Below, piece after piece: positions 20,427 through 31,506 of a stretch of DNA of 64,000 nt. The DNA comes from Candidatus Spongiihabitans sp. GTDB taxonomy: Bacteria; Pseudomonadota; Gammaproteobacteria; Arenicellales; Poriferihabitantaceae. The DNA lies in the NCBI RefSeq assembly GCF_965247905.1, contig NZ_OZ252047.1, positions 124,620 through 188,619 of the forward strand, in the 5' to 3' direction. Position 1 is the first letter of the stretch. Each line of letters begins with the position of its first letter. The position numbers were made by a program, and so were the translations under genes. A model generated the notes under the pieces. The model was not told the origin of the DNA. It saw only the letters and a list, made by a program, of their open reading frames with translations, and ran no database searches.

Positions 20427-21910
20427 GCAAAAAAATAACGCGATACCAACATTATATTGACGGCCAATGGGGCGATGCCGCTGACGGCGCCACGCTGACC
20501 ACCATCAATCCAGCAAACGAGGAAGTCTGGGCCGAAGTGCCGGCGGCCAGTGAAGCAGACGTTAACCGCGCGGTCGCGGCCGCCAAAACCGCACTGCACG
20601 AAGGCCCATGGGCGACCATGACGGCCACGGCCAGGGGCAAGTTGCTGCGGCGGTTGGGCGACCTGATTATCGAGCAAGCGCATCACCTCGGCGATATCGA
20701 GACCATCGATAGCGGAAAACTGCTGAAAGAAACCCGCGGGCAGACCGGCTATGTGTCGGACTACTATTATTATTTCGCCGGCCTGGCGGACAAGATCGAG
20801 GGCGCGACCCTGCCGATTGACAAGCCGGATATGCATGTGTTCACGGCGCGCGCGCCGATCGGCGTGGTGGCGGCGGTGGTGCCGTGGAATGCCCAAATGT
20901 TTTTGACTGCGACCAAGTTGGGGCCGGCGCTGGCCGCTGGCAATACGGTGGTGCTGAAAGCGTCTGAAGATGCGCCGGCGCCGATGTTTGAATTTGCGAA
21001 AATTGTCGACCAGGCGGGCTTCCCGCCGGGCGTGATCAATGTAATCACCGGTTATGGCGAGCCCTGCGGTCGTGCCTTGACCGGGCATCAGGATGTGGCG
21101 CGGGTGGCCTTTACCGGCGGGCCCGAAACCGCGTCCAAAGTCATCCACAACACCAGCAATAACTACGCCGTGGTCTCGCTGGAACTCGGCGGCAAATCGC
21201 CGATTGTGGTGTTTGACGATGCCGACATTGAGGGCGCGGTCAACGGCATCATCGCCGGCAATTTTGGCGCCGCGGGTCAAAGTTGCGTGGCTGGGTCTCG
21301 GGTTTTTATTCAGCACGGAATTTACGACCGGATAGTGGATGCGCTGGTGCGGCGCGCTCAGCGAATTCGCATCGGCGACCCGCGCCAGGAGGATACCGAG
21401 ATGGGACCCTTGGCGACAAAAGCGCAAGTGGATCGCATTATTGCCGCAGTCGGGAAATCTCAGATTCAGGGCGCGGAGTTGCTTCATGGTGGCAAACAGC
21501 CCGAGCAATTTGATAAAGGTTATTACTTTGAGCCGACCATTCTCAGCTGTCCAAACCAGGACATCGAGACCGTGCGCAACGAAATGTTCGGCCCGGTGTT
21601 GAGCGCGCTGAAATTCCGCGACGAAGACCAGGGCATCACCATGGCGAATAATACACGCTTCGGGCTTGGTGCCGGGATCTTCACGGAAAACCTGGCGCGC
21701 GCCCATCGGGTCAGCGCGAAAATCCGCGCCGGCATTATCTGGATCAACACCTATCGCGCGGTGTCGCCGATCGCCCCGTTTGGCGGCTTCGGCCACAGCG
21801 GTTTTGGGCGCGAAGCCGGCATTGAAGCGGTGTTGGATTACACCCGAACTAAAACCGTCTGGATTAGCACCTCCAGCGCACCCATGGCCAACCCTTTTGT
21901 CATGCGGTAA
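20423..21910 (+). CDS. Aldehyde dehydrogenase (TgnC-like)
   Basis: VPWN, FTGG, LELGGKSP, GQSCVAG, EMFGPV, ANPFVMR C-terminus. Confidence 0.88.
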   Translation: MSKKITRYQHYIDGQWGDAADGATLTTINPANEEVWAEVPAASEADVNRAVAAAKTALHEGPWATMTATARGKLLRRLGDLIIEQAHHLGDIETIDSGKLLKETRGQTGYVSDYYYYFAGLADKIEGATLPIDKPDMHVFTARAPIGVVAAVVPWNAQMFLTATKLGPALAAGNTVVLKASEDAPAPMFEFAKIVDQAGFPPGVINVITGYGEPCGRALTGHQDVARVAFTGGPETASKVIHNTSNNYAVVSLELGGKSPIVVFDDADIEGAVNGIIAGNFGAAGQSCVAGSRVFIQHGIYDRIVDALVRRAQRIRIGDPRQEDTEMGPLATKAQVDRIIAAVGKSQIQGAELLHGGKQPEQFDKGYYFEPTILSCPNQDIETVRNEMFGPVLSALKFRDEDQGITMANNTRFGLGAGIFTENLARAHRVSAKIRAGIIWINTYRAVSPIAPFGGFGHSGFGREAGIEAVLDYTRTKTVWISTSSAPMANPFVMR

Positions 21911-21934
21911 TCGAACCGCGTGCTTTTTTAGTCT

Positions 21935-23114
21935 ATGCGGGAATCGGGTGTGGACGGCAATAAACAGCGTTACCGGCAACTGGCATTAAAAAAGGTTCAA
22001 GATACTTTAAGGTATAGTGAAATGGTCATAACTAACTGTTCTATAAATGAAAAACAAGCATGTCATTCGCTGCCGAATTTCGGAGAATAAATTCAGGGCG
22101 ATTCCACGGCTGTTTTGCCTTGATTCGAGGCTTGCAAAGTCGCTCAAATCACTGGCATCTCTGGCCCGGCGACCAGCCGATTGTATACTCAAATCAGACA
22201 ACGCATCGCCGGGCAATGCGAGCGTATGTGTTGTCTGATTCATTGCCCGTTTTGTTCCTTTCCAGCGGTGTTTTAGCACCGCCCTCTCGGCCGTCATTCT
22301 CGCATCGAACGGCGCGGCATCAAAGCAAAGGAGTTCGGCTACGCCGAACGGTTTAATAACTGGATTGCCCGGAACAAGCCGGGCAATGACGTCCCTTATT
22401 TGCCGGGCAATGACGACCCTTATTTGTCATTCTCGCAGGCAGGCGGGAATCCAGAGTGGCGTAGCCGCCGGTTGTGTCACGCTTTGCGTGACAATTATTT
22501 ACCATTGTCCTCTCAAAAGGACACATCGCCTTTCGATTCACCATTGTCCCCCCAGCCCGTCATTCTCGCCGCAGGCGGGAATCCAGTTAAAATATGCCGT
22601 CCGGCGTAGCCGGACTCCTTTGAAAGAGTGTGAGTCTCGCTTCAATATGCGCCACGAAAATGGGTGTCAATATCTGCTGAAATCTATCCGAAATCGACCG
22701 CTTAAAGTATCTTGAACCTTAAAAAAACCGGAAGCCTATGAGGATTTTCCGTTCAAACTGGATGTGGCGGTCTATAAAGTGCGCGGGAAAATGTTTGCCA
22801 CGTTGTCCCGAGTGCAAGGTATTTGGAACATGAATCTAAAATGCGACCCCAATCAGGCACAATTATTCAGGGAAATTTATGATGCGGTCATTCCAGGATG
22901 GCATATGAACAAAAAACACTGGAATACGCTTTTGCTGGATGGGTCGATACCGGAAAACGAAATCCAATACATGATTGATCACTCTTATATGCTGGTAGTG
23001 CAAGGGCTAATGAAAACTGATCGGCAATACCTGGCGTTAAGGTACAGTGAACTGGAACTTTATGGGCTATCCACTGACCGAATGTGGCACGCAGGCGGAT
23101 CGAGTCTGAAGTAA
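21935..23114 (+). pseudogene. MmcQ/YjbR-family DNA-binding protein interrupted by the element at 21994-22718
   Basis: Removing the element and one TSD joins MRESGVDGNKQRYRQLALK to KPEAYEDFPFKLDVAVYKVRGKMFA...NLKCDP...PGWHMNKKHWNT in frame. Confidence 0.85.
21994..22718 (+). mobile_element. Non-autonomous IS1595-derived element, copy 2 (725 bp)
   Basis: Same 18-bp TIRs; TSD TTAAAAAA (21986-21993, 22719-22726); transposase end remnants; REP cargo differs from copy 1. Confidence 0.9.
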
Positions 23115-23176
23115 CAATGTTTGCGGTGACCGGATAATGACGGTAAACTGGGCCGACTCCAGATTAAGGCAGACTG

Positions 23177-24688
23177 ATGCAATTTTTTAGTTTCATTGAT
23201 GACTCCCAGGCGCAAGCCGTTCACCAAGCGTCCTTGGAGATACTGGAGGAAACCGGGCTGCTGGTGCGCAACGAAAAAGCCCGGCGTCGATTTGCCGAGT
23301 TTGGCGCCAAGCCAGACCCCGATTCCGAGATCGTGAAAATCCCGTCTGCTGTGGTTGAGCATTTCCGTTCGATGGTGCCGCCGACCATTACCTTTCGTGC
23401 GCGTAATCCTGATTACGATATTACCTTTCCGAGAGAGTTGCCAGTCATTGCCACCGCGAGTTCGGCGCCGGATATTGTCGACCCGGTAAGCGGGATTGCT
23501 CGTCGAGCCACGTCGCACGATATTGCGAATATCGGGCATCTGGTTAATCACTTGTCTGGATTCGATGTGTTTTCCATATCGGTATTGGCGGATGATGCCC
23601 CGAAAGATCAATTCAGCCTGTCGCGGTTTTATCCGGCGCTGAAGAATTGCATAAAACCGGTGCGCACCTCGGTCATCGATGCGCGTGAAGCACGGCAGGT
23701 GCTGAAACTGGGCGAGTTGATCGCCGGCTCGAAAGAAGCCTTTTGGCAACGCCCGTTCATCAACTTCGGCTACTGCTCCATCGTTTCGCCCTTGACCATG
23801 GACTACGACAGCACCGAAATGCTGATGTTTTACGCCGAGAATGGCATCACCGCCTATGGCACCATTGCGCCGATGGGCGGGCTCAGCACGCCGTTGACCC
23901 TGGCCGGGATGTTGACCATAATGAACGCGGAGTGGTTGGCGGCGGCGACCTTGGCGCAAATGTCCAGGCCCGGGACGTCGCTGATCTACAATTTCCTGCC
24001 GGTGTTCGCGGACATGCGCGATGGCGCCTATGCGCCGGGGGCTATCGAGATCGGCATGATGAATGCCGCAGTGTGTCAAATGGGGCGGTATTATAATGTC
24101 CCCTCGGGCGGTTATCTGGGGCTGACCAACTCGAAGATCAGCGATGCCCAAACCGGGTTTGAAAAAGGCATGTCACCGCTGTTGGGCGCGGTATCCGGGG
24201 TCGGATTCATCGTGATGGGTGGGTTATTGGATGCCTTGATGTCGTTTGATTTTGGGCAGGTTGTTATTGACAACGAAATTGCGCTGATGATCAAGCGGGT
24301 GCGGCAGGGATTCGATTTTTCCACAGAAAACATGGCGCTGGACGAAATCAAGAAGACCGGACCGGCCGGGGTGTTTGCCGCCAATCCTGAAACTCTGGAG
24401 CGGATGACCACCGCTACTTTTATGCCGGAAATAGCAGATCGAAAGTTGCGTGAAACCTGGGCCGAAGAAGGGGCTTCCACGAGCCATCAACGGGCCATGG
24501 ACAAGGCGCTGGATATTCTGTCGACCACCAATGTCGCCGCGCTGGATGAACCGGTGGATGCACAGATACGCGCCGAATTCGATGATTTGGTCAAGGGTGA
24601 CTCGGTGCTGCCTGAGGGCTGGGCGCGAACGCAGGCGGTGAAAGAGGCGCGCAAACGGCGCATTAATCGGCGTCGCTTGGCCAGCTGA
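23177..24688 (+). CDS. Trimethylamine methyltransferase (MttB) family protein, non-pyrrolysine type
   Basis: VHQASLEILEETG, ARNP, TPLTLAG, DMRDG, SKISDAQTGFEK, VIDNEI; no in-frame amber codon. Confidence 0.85.
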   Translation: MQFFSFIDDSQAQAVHQASLEILEETGLLVRNEKARRRFAEFGAKPDPDSEIVKIPSAVVEHFRSMVPPTITFRARNPDYDITFPRELPVIATASSAPDIVDPVSGIARRATSHDIANIGHLVNHLSGFDVFSISVLADDAPKDQFSLSRFYPALKNCIKPVRTSVIDAREARQVLKLGELIAGSKEAFWQRPFINFGYCSIVSPLTMDYDSTEMLMFYAENGITAYGTIAPMGGLSTPLTLAGMLTIMNAEWLAAATLAQMSRPGTSLIYNFLPVFADMRDGAYAPGAIEIGMMNAAVCQMGRYYNVPSGGYLGLTNSKISDAQTGFEKGMSPLLGAVSGVGFIVMGGLLDALMSFDFGQVVIDNEIALMIKRVRQGFDFSTENMALDEIKKTGPAGVFAANPETLERMTTATFMPEIADRKLRETWAEEGASTSHQRAMDKALDILSTTNVAALDEPVDAQIRAEFDDLVKGDSVLPEGWARTQAVKEARKRRINRRRLAS

Positions 24689-24780
24689 ATTTTCCCAGCG
24701 CAACAGCCATGTCCGATAACAGCCCGGGCCCGATTTCCCGCTCAGTGCCGCATTGCCGTTATTGGCGGCGACCGGTATTG

Positions 24781-26835
24781 TCAGGTTACCCGCATTCCAG
24801 GCACGGCGCCGTCATCCGGGCTAAGCAGATACAAATCCTCTCCGCCTGGCCCGGCGCACAGAACCATCCCTTCGGACACGCCAAACTTCATCTTTCGCGG
24901 CGCCAGGTTGGCGACCATCACGGTCAGCCTGCCGTCTAATTGTTCAGGCCGGTAAGCGGACTTAATGCCGGCGAACACATTGCGGGTCTCATAGCCAAGA
25001 TCGAGGGTGAGTTGCAACAATTTATCCGCGCCATCAACCGTTTGCGCTTTCAGGATTTTCGCGATGCGTAAATCCAGTTTGGAAAAATCATCCATATTGA
25101 TTTGCTCGGCAACAGGCGACTCAGCCAGTGGCCGCTTGACGTTATCTGCGGCTTGATCTTTTTCCTGATCGGCCTTGGTTTCACCGATCATGTTTTGGAT
25201 TGACTGGTTTTCGATTCTGGTCAGCAAGGGCTTGAAACGATTGATTTCGTGATTCAGCAACGGCATCCGGCTGTCGGCCCAGGTCAATGGCGCGATCTGC
25301 AAAAATTGCTCCGCGTTTTCCGCGGTGCGCGGCAAAACCGGTTTCAAATAGATGATCAACAATCGAAATAAATTGAGCCCCTGGGTACAGACAGGCTGCA
25401 CTTGCGCCCTTGTTTCATCCTCCCTGACCAGAACCCAGGGCTTTTGGCGGTCGATATACTGGTTCGCCTTATCGGCTAAAGCCATAATCTCTCGCATTGC
25501 TTTGTGATATCGTCTCGACTCGAAAGCTTCTGCAATACTATCTCCTGCAACCACAAATTGATCGAACAGCTTTTGATCGGGCAAGGAATCGCTCAACTTG
25601 CCGTCGAAGTTTTTCGAAATAAAACCGGCGCAACGGCTGGCGATATTAACTAGTTTGCCGACCAGATCGGAATTCACCCGGGTTTGAAAATCGTCCAGAT
25701 TGAGGTCAAGGTCATCAATGGAATTATCCAGTTTGGCGGCAAAGTAATAGCGTAGATATTCTGGATTGAGGTGGTTCAAATAAGTCCTGGCAATGATGAA
25801 AGTGCCTCTCGACTTGGACATTTTCTGGCCATTTACGGTCAAAAAACCATGTGCCCATACCCCATCTGGGGTGCGAAAATCCGCACCATACATCTGCGCC
25901 GGCCAGAACAGGGTATGGAATCGGGCGATATCCTTGCCAATGAAGTGGTAGAGTTCGCATTCGCTGCCCACGTTGAAGTATTCATCAAAATCCAGATTTT
26001 CGCGGTCGCACAGGTTTTTGAAGCTGGCCAGATAGCCGATGGGGGCATCCATCCACACGTAAAAGTATTTGTCCGTCTCGCCTGGAATTTCAAAGCCCCA
26101 ATAAGGCGCATTGCGCGAGATATCCCATTCGAACACTTCTTCGTCGAACAACTCCTTTTGCTTGTTGGCGATTTCCCGTTGCGTATGGCCTTCGAGCCAG
26201 TTCAACAGAAAATCCTTGAAATCACCGAGTTTGAAGAACAGTTGCTCCGATTCGCGCTGCACCGGGGTCGCCCCCGAGAGCACGGATTTTGGCTCAATCA
26301 AGTCGGTCGGCGCATAAGTGCTGCCGCAAACTTCGCAATTGTCGCCGTATTGATCCGCGGATTTGCATTTGGGGCAGGCGCCGATGACAAAGCGATCGGG
26401 CAGAAACATTTGTTTTTGCGGATCGAAAAGCTGTTTTATAGTTCGTCGGGCAATATGTCCTTTGTCATTGAGGCGCTGATAAAACAACTCGGAAAAATAT
26501 TTATTCTCCGGGGAATGGGTGCTGTAATAGTTATCAAAAGAAATCAGGAATTCATCAAAATCACGTTTATGTTCTATGCTGACTCGATCGATTAGTTCCT
26601 GGGGGGTGATGCCTTCTTGCTCCGCTTTGAGCATTATCGGCGTGCCATGAGCATCATCAGCGCACACCAGATAACATTCGTGTCCGCGTAACCGTTGGAA
26701 TCGGGCCCAGATGTCGGTTTGAATATATTCCAATAAGTGGCCCAGATGGATTTGACCGTTGGCATAGGGCAAGGCACTGGTGACCAGGATTTTTCTGGTG
26801 GCCGGAGTTTTTCTAATGGGATGCGTCATGGACAT
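24781..26835 (-). CDS. metG: Methionine--tRNA ligase
   Basis: [13 protein letters not shown], Zn-knuckle CPKC/CEVC, KMSKS, C-terminal tRNA-binding domain. Confidence 0.97.
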   Translation of the reverse strand: MSMTHPIRKTPATRKILVTSALPYANGQIHLGHLLEYIQTDIWARFQRLRGHECYLVCADDAHGTPIMLKAEQEGITPQELIDRVSIEHKRDFDEFLISFDNYYSTHSPENKYFSELFYQRLNDKGHIARRTIKQLFDPQKQMFLPDRFVIGACPKCKSADQYGDNCEVCGSTYAPTDLIEPKSVLSGATPVQRESEQLFFKLGDFKDFLLNWLEGHTQREIANKQKELFDEEVFEWDISRNAPYWGFEIPGETDKYFYVWMDAPIGYLASFKNLCDRENLDFDEYFNVGSECELYHFIGKDIARFHTLFWPAQMYGADFRTPDGVWAHGFLTVNGQKMSKSRGTFIIARTYLNHLNPEYLRYYFAAKLDNSIDDLDLNLDDFQTRVNSDLVGKLVNIASRCAGFISKNFDGKLSDSLPDQKLFDQFVVAGDSIAEAFESRRYHKAMREIMALADKANQYIDRQKPWVLVREDETRAQVQPVCTQGLNLFRLLIIYLKPVLPRTAENAEQFLQIAPLTWADSRMPLLNHEINRFKPLLTRIENQSIQNMIGETKADQEKDQAADNVKRPLAESPVAEQINMDDFSKLDLRIAKILKAQTVDGADKLLQLTLDLGYETRNVFAGIKSAYRPEQLDGRLTVMVANLAPRKMKFGVSEGMVLCAGPGGEDLYLLSPDDGAVPGMRVT

Positions 26836-27099
26836 AAAAATGAAGACGGAAAATATGGAGACAGAAAAAAATTAGGGTCGTTGCCAGTATTGTTGCCTGT
26901 ATTATTAAGATACAATATTATATTTGAACCTGTCCTTGAACGGTTAAATATAAACGCCATCCTGGGTATTTTGCCTGGGTATTTTACTTAGCGCCTATAA
27001 TGCGGATAAGGCAGGCGGTTTACGATTGCAGCATAAGATTGGTTTGGAAACTTAAGTTGAAAAAATTCTCAAGATAGGTAAGTTGACCCAGGTATTAAA

Positions 27100-28188
27100 A
27101 TGAAAAATTTGAACCGAGAGGCGGTTGAAGAAATTTTAAGCAGCGTTATCGATCCCCATACTGGCCAGGATCTGGTGTCGAGTAAGGAGGTGAATGAAAT
27201 TACTGTTGACGGCGATAAAGTGCGCATCGATATCGTGTTGGGTTATCCGGCAAAGAGCTGGGAGCCCGAGTTGATCAAGATGATTGAAGCGGCTATGATT
27301 GAAGCGGCGGTCGAACGGGCGACGGTCACGGTGTCGTCCAATACCGTCTCCCACGAAGTGCAGGAAGGGGTAAAACCCATGAAGGAGGTCAAAAATATTA
27401 TCGCCGTGGCCTCGGGAAAAGGCGGCGTCGGTAAATCAACGCTGTCGGTGAACTTGGCATTGGCGCTCTCGGCGGAAGGGGCCAGAGTCGGCATTCTGGA
27501 TGCGGATATTTATGGGCCAAGCCAACCGCGCATGCTGGGCATAAGCGGCCAACCTCAATCCAAGGACGGCAAGAGCCTGCAACCGATGAACAGTTATCAT
27601 ATCCAGGCCATGTCCATCGGCTTTTTGGTGGATGAGGAGTCGCCGATGATTTGGCGCGGCCCGATGGTTACCCAGGCACTGGAGCAACTATTGAATGATA
27701 CCCGATGGGATGATCTGGATTATTTGATTGTGGATATGCCGCCTGGAACCGGTGATACCCAATTGACTCTGGCGCAAAAAGTGCCGGTGTCCGGTTCGGT
27801 AATCGTCACTACGCCCCAGGATATTGCCCTGATCGATGCGCGCAAGGCTTACAAGATGTTTGAGAAAGTGGATATTCCGGTACTAGGCGTGGTGGAAAAC
27901 ATGAGCACGCACATTTGTTCCAACTGCGGCCACGAGGAACATATTTTTGGCGCCGGCGGCGGGATGAGCATGGCCAAGCAGTATGGCACGGATTTCCTCG
28001 GCCAGGTTCCCCTGGATCGATCCATCCGCGAAGATGTTGATGGCGGTCGCCCGACGCTGGTGGCTGATCCGGATGGCGCGATTTCCGACAACTACAAATT
28101 GATTGCCCGCAATACTACGGCAAAACTGGCGATGCGCAAAAAGGACTTCAGTTCAAAATTTCCGAATATCGTAATTCAGCAAAATTAG
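27100..28188 (+). CDS. apbC: Fe-S cluster carrier ApbC/Mrp
   Basis: SGKGGVGKST, DADIYGPS, WRGPM, DMPPGTGD, CSNC. Confidence 0.95.
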   Translation: MKNLNREAVEEILSSVIDPHTGQDLVSSKEVNEITVDGDKVRIDIVLGYPAKSWEPELIKMIEAAMIEAAVERATVTVSSNTVSHEVQEGVKPMKEVKNIIAVASGKGGVGKSTLSVNLALALSAEGARVGILDADIYGPSQPRMLGISGQPQSKDGKSLQPMNSYHIQAMSIGFLVDEESPMIWRGPMVTQALEQLLNDTRWDDLDYLIVDMPPGTGDTQLTLAQKVPVSGSVIVTTPQDIALIDARKAYKMFEKVDIPVLGVVENMSTHICSNCGHEEHIFGAGGGMSMAKQYGTDFLGQVPLDRSIREDVDGGRPTLVADPDGAISDNYKLIARNTTAKLAMRKKDFSSKFPNIVIQQN

Positions 28189-28206
28189 TCATGCCCATTA
28201 AAAGCA

Positions 28207-28773
28207 ATGGCCATTAAACCTGATCGGTGGATTCGGCAAATGGCTGAAACCGAAGGCATGATAGAGCCGTTTGAACCGAGCCAGATTCGCGAGTCCGAAA
28301 ACGGCCGGGTGATTTCCTATGGGACATCGAGCTACGGATACGATATTCGGTGTTCCACCGAGTTCAAGATTTTCACCAATATCAATTCGGCCATCGTTGA
28401 TCCAAAACAATTCGACGAAAGCAGTTTTGTGGATTTTGTCGGCGATGTTTGCATCATCCCGCCGAATTCATTTGCCTTGGCGCGAACGGTCGAGTATTTT
28501 CGTATTCCACGCAATGTGTTAACGATATGCTTGGGGAAAAGCACTTATGCGCGCTGTGGAATCATCGTCAACGTCACGCCATTGGAACCTGAATGGGAAG
28601 GGTATGTCACGCTGGAGTTTTCCAACACCACGCCGTTGCCGGCCAAAATTTATGCCAACGAGGGCATCGCCCAAGTGATTTTTTTCCAATCCGACGAACC
28701 CTGCGAAATCTCGTACCGGGACCGAGACGGCAAGTATCAGGGACAAACCGGGGTCACCCTGCCAAAGGCCTGA
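28207..28773 (+). CDS. dcd: dCTP deaminase
   Basis: [28 protein letters not shown]. Confidence 0.96.
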   Translation: MAIKPDRWIRQMAETEGMIEPFEPSQIRESENGRVISYGTSSYGYDIRCSTEFKIFTNINSAIVDPKQFDESSFVDFVGDVCIIPPNSFALARTVEYFRIPRNVLTICLGKSTYARCGIIVNVTPLEPEWEGYVTLEFSNTTPLPAKIYANEGIAQVIFFQSDEPCEISYRDRDGKYQGQTGVTLPKA

Positions 28774-28913
28774 ACTAAACATAAACTAAACATGAACCAA
28801 AAAAGACCAGCCCATGTATAGCGCAACGACCCTTTCCGAATATCTTGCGCTATTGGATGAGGCGTTATCCATCAACCGCGCCTGAGACCTGAACCTGAAA
28901 CCTGAGCCTGAAA

Positions 28914-30098
28914 ATGACCGCCAAAAACCTGCCATTCGAAAGAGCCGAATATGACCTGCGGCTGGCGCGCGTGCGCAACAGCATGGCTGAAAAATCCCTG
29001 GACGCCCTGATCGTCAGCGACCCATCGAATATGTCCTGGCTAACCGGCTACGATGGCTGGTCATTCTACGTTCATCAGTGCGTGATTGTATCTATGGACG
29101 GAAATCCACTCTGTTTTGTGCGCGCCCAGGATGCCAATGGCGCCTATCGAACCGTTTGGATGCCCGATGACGATGTGCATGGTTACGACGAAAAACTGGT
29201 GCAGAATTTACCCCTCCACCCCATGCAGGAACTGGTTGGCGTACTAAACGGCCGCGGTTTTGCCGCAGGGCGTATTGGCGTGGAAATGGACAATTATTGG
29301 TATTCCGCCCAGGCCCATGTTGAATTGGTTAATGGACTGACTGAGGCAACGCTGGTTGACGCCACCGGATTGGTGAACTGGCGGCGCGCCATCAAAAGCG
29401 CGCGGGAAATCCGCTACATGAAAATCGCTGGGCAAATTGTCACTGACATGCACCGCCGCATTCGCGAGCGTATCGAACCCGGCCTGCCCAAGAACGAACT
29501 AGTGGCCGAGATTTATCATGCTGGCTGCATGGGCATTGATGGGCATGGCGGCGATTATCCCGCCATTGTGCCATTGGTGGCGTCTGGCGCGGATGCGTCG
29601 GCAGCCCATTTAACCTGGAACGACCAGCCCTTCAAGTCGGGCGAAGCCACCTCCTTCGAGATCGCCGGTTGTTACAAACGTTATCACTGCCCAACCGCGC
29701 GCACCATTTTCCTCGGCCACCCGCCGCAACGGTTTCTCGAGGTGGAAAAAGCCGTGGTGGAAGGCATTGACGCCGCGCTTGAACAAGCCAAGCCGGGCAC
29801 TCAGTGCCAGGACCTTGCCAATACCTTCTGTGCGATACTCGAAAAACGCACCGGCATCAAAAAACAAAGTCGCTGCGGCTACCCGATTGGCATATCCTAT
29901 CCGCCGGACTGGGGCGAACGCACCATGAGCCTGCGTCCGGGCGACCAGACGCCACTACAACCGGGCATGACTTTTCATTTCATTCCTGCGGTTTGGCGGG
30001 ATGACTGGGGACTGGAAATCACCGAAAGTTTTGTGGTCACTGAAAGCGGGGCTGAAACGCTGTCGAATGTGCCGCGGGAATTGGTCATAAAGGAATGA
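28914..30098 (+). CDS. doeA: Ectoine hydrolase DoeA/EutD-like (M24 family)
   Basis: DPSNMSWLTGYDGWSFYVHQ, GGDYPAIVP, HLTW, CGYPIGISYPPDWGERTMSLR. Confidence 0.82.
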   Translation: MTAKNLPFERAEYDLRLARVRNSMAEKSLDALIVSDPSNMSWLTGYDGWSFYVHQCVIVSMDGNPLCFVRAQDANGAYRTVWMPDDDVHGYDEKLVQNLPLHPMQELVGVLNGRGFAAGRIGVEMDNYWYSAQAHVELVNGLTEATLVDATGLVNWRRAIKSAREIRYMKIAGQIVTDMHRRIRERIEPGLPKNELVAEIYHAGCMGIDGHGGDYPAIVPLVASGADASAAHLTWNDQPFKSGEATSFEIAGCYKRYHCPTARTIFLGHPPQRFLEVEKAVVEGIDAALEQAKPGTQCQDLANTFCAILEKRTGIKKQSRCGYPIGISYPPDWGERTMSLRPGDQTPLQPGMTFHFIPAVWRDDWGLEITESFVVTESGAETLSNVPRELVIKE

Positions 30099-30105
30099 CG
30101 GCGAC

Positions 30106-30402
30106 ATGACGGCCGGCATGACGACATGGGCGATTTACATTATCGAGGCAAGCGATAATTCGTACTACACCGGCATCGCCACCGATGTCGAGCGGCGGTT
30201 TGAGGAACATGCTGTTGGCGAGCATGGCGCCAAATATTTTAACGGCAGAACGCCAATCAGAGTGGTCTATCAGGAATATGGGCATACGCGTAGCAGCGCC
30301 GGCAAGCGAGAGGCCGAAATCAAAAAACTGAGCCGCCGCCAAAAAGAAACGCTGATTGCCAGCCGCCCACGCGCCACCCACGAGTGTGAACAGGCGGGAT
30401 GA
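30106..30402 (+). CDS. GIY-YIG nuclease family protein (UPF0213/YhbQ-like)
   Basis: IYII...SYYTGIATDVERRFEEH...GAKY...REAEIKKL. Confidence 0.88.
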   Translation: MTAGMTTWAIYIIEASDNSYYTGIATDVERRFEEHAVGEHGAKYFNGRTPIRVVYQEYGHTRSSAGKREAEIKKLSRRQKETLIASRPRATHECEQAG

Positions 30403-30492
30403 AGCAGGCTGCACGGTCATTGCCGTGCTGCGACCGTGAGTACGACGTGATGCGCGCTTTGTTCGCGGCATCCACGCCCACGCAGGCGAGCG

Positions 30493-30999
30493 TTATTGTT
30501 CGGGAGGGTGTATGAGCAACACGGGAATTTTTGCTTTTCGGGCTAACAGATCGGCTATATTCCTGAAAAAGAAGCGAGTCACGCCGACCCGGGCACGGGT
30601 GGACATAGCCACGAGATTGATTTTGCTCTCGGCGATGACGCGCACAAGCGCGGCCACCGGGTCTTTGCCGAAATCCACCACCAGCGAAACCTCATAACCC
30701 GCTTGCTTGAGCCGGTTGGTTACCGGCATCAGTTCGGCCTCGACATGGGCTTTTATGCTGTCTTGCTGCTGGGAAGCGTAAATGGGGTGGAGTGTCGGTC
30801 TTACCGGTTCATCACCGGGCATCGGCACATAACCGGCCCCCAGGTCGGGTTCGCCAAAGCCGATGCCACTGGGTGGCTTGGTCACAAAAAATAAAATTAA
30901 CTCATTCTCGTTAGCAGAAATAAATTTTTCCACATGAGGTAATATTTTTTGGCTAAGCGCGGATTGATTCAGAGGAATCAGGACTTTATTCTTGGACAT
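30493..30999 (-). CDS. Universal stress protein
   Basis: KVLIPL..S, LVAMSTRARVG, IPVLLI. Confidence 0.8.
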   Translation of the reverse strand: MSKNKVLIPLNQSALSQKILPHVEKFISANENELILFFVTKPPSGIGFGEPDLGAGYVPMPGDEPVRPTLHPIYASQQQDSIKAHVEAELMPVTNRLKQAGYEVSLVVDFGKDPVAALVRVIAESKINLVAMSTRARVGVTRFFFRNIADLLARKAKIPVLLIHPPEQ

Positions 31000-31317
31000 G
31001 GTTAAATCCTCCTGATAACAATCGTAAAATTAGTATGTGTCATGTGCATCATGGGCAAGATTATAAAATATTTGTGCGCGGTAGGCAAAGCGCAATTCGG
31101 TATTTAGGTGGTTGAGAATCTACGCCATTGTACACATAAATTCGATCGATGCGCCATCATTCAACGTACGTTCTGTGAACGTCCGGGGTGAAGCAGCGAA
31201 CCGCCGTGCCAGAGTTGGGCCGGACGCCCCTTGCGCTGCCGTTATGCTACCATTGTCGGTGACCGTGGCAGCCACCTGAGGCATCCCGGCCAGCAATACA
31301 AACAACCGGACACGACG

Positions 31318-31506
31318 ATGAAAATGCAAAAACACTGGTATCTTGGTTTTTTAGGCTTGATCGGGATTTATAAAGTTTCGGCTGTGCTTGATTTTTTCCA
31401 AGGATTCGGCCAATGGTGGGAGTTGCTCAATTTACTATGGTTCATATGGTTTCTCTACTTTATTCCTGAAGGAAAAAAGGCGAAAATTGAAAGCGGCCAA
31501 AAATGA
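31318..31506 (+). CDS. Small hydrophobic membrane protein
   Basis: 62-aa two-helix ORF (YLGFLGLIG...WFIWFLYF); ATGA overlap with the next gene. Confidence 0.55.
   Translation: MKMQKHWYLGFLGLIGIYKVSAVLDFFQGFGQWWELLNLLWFIWFLYFIPEGKKAKIESGQK

Noticed and set aside
20384-24151. Long antisense ORFs (20384..21979, 23060..24151) and similar ones (10044..11108, 25771..26595, 43789..44664)
   Set aside because: They are shadow frames opposite well-supported genes, explained by codon bias.
30106-30402. GIY-YIG gene as the mobiliser of the REP family
   Set aside because: It looks like the ordinary YhbQ/UPF0213 type and is not flanked by the repeats; a role cannot be supported from this window.
31160-31250. 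Possible attC upstream of the small membrane protein and desaturase genes (ends GTTATGC; CGTCCGG/CCGGACG inverted pair)
   Set aside because: No convincing RYYYAAC partner or L-box pairing.
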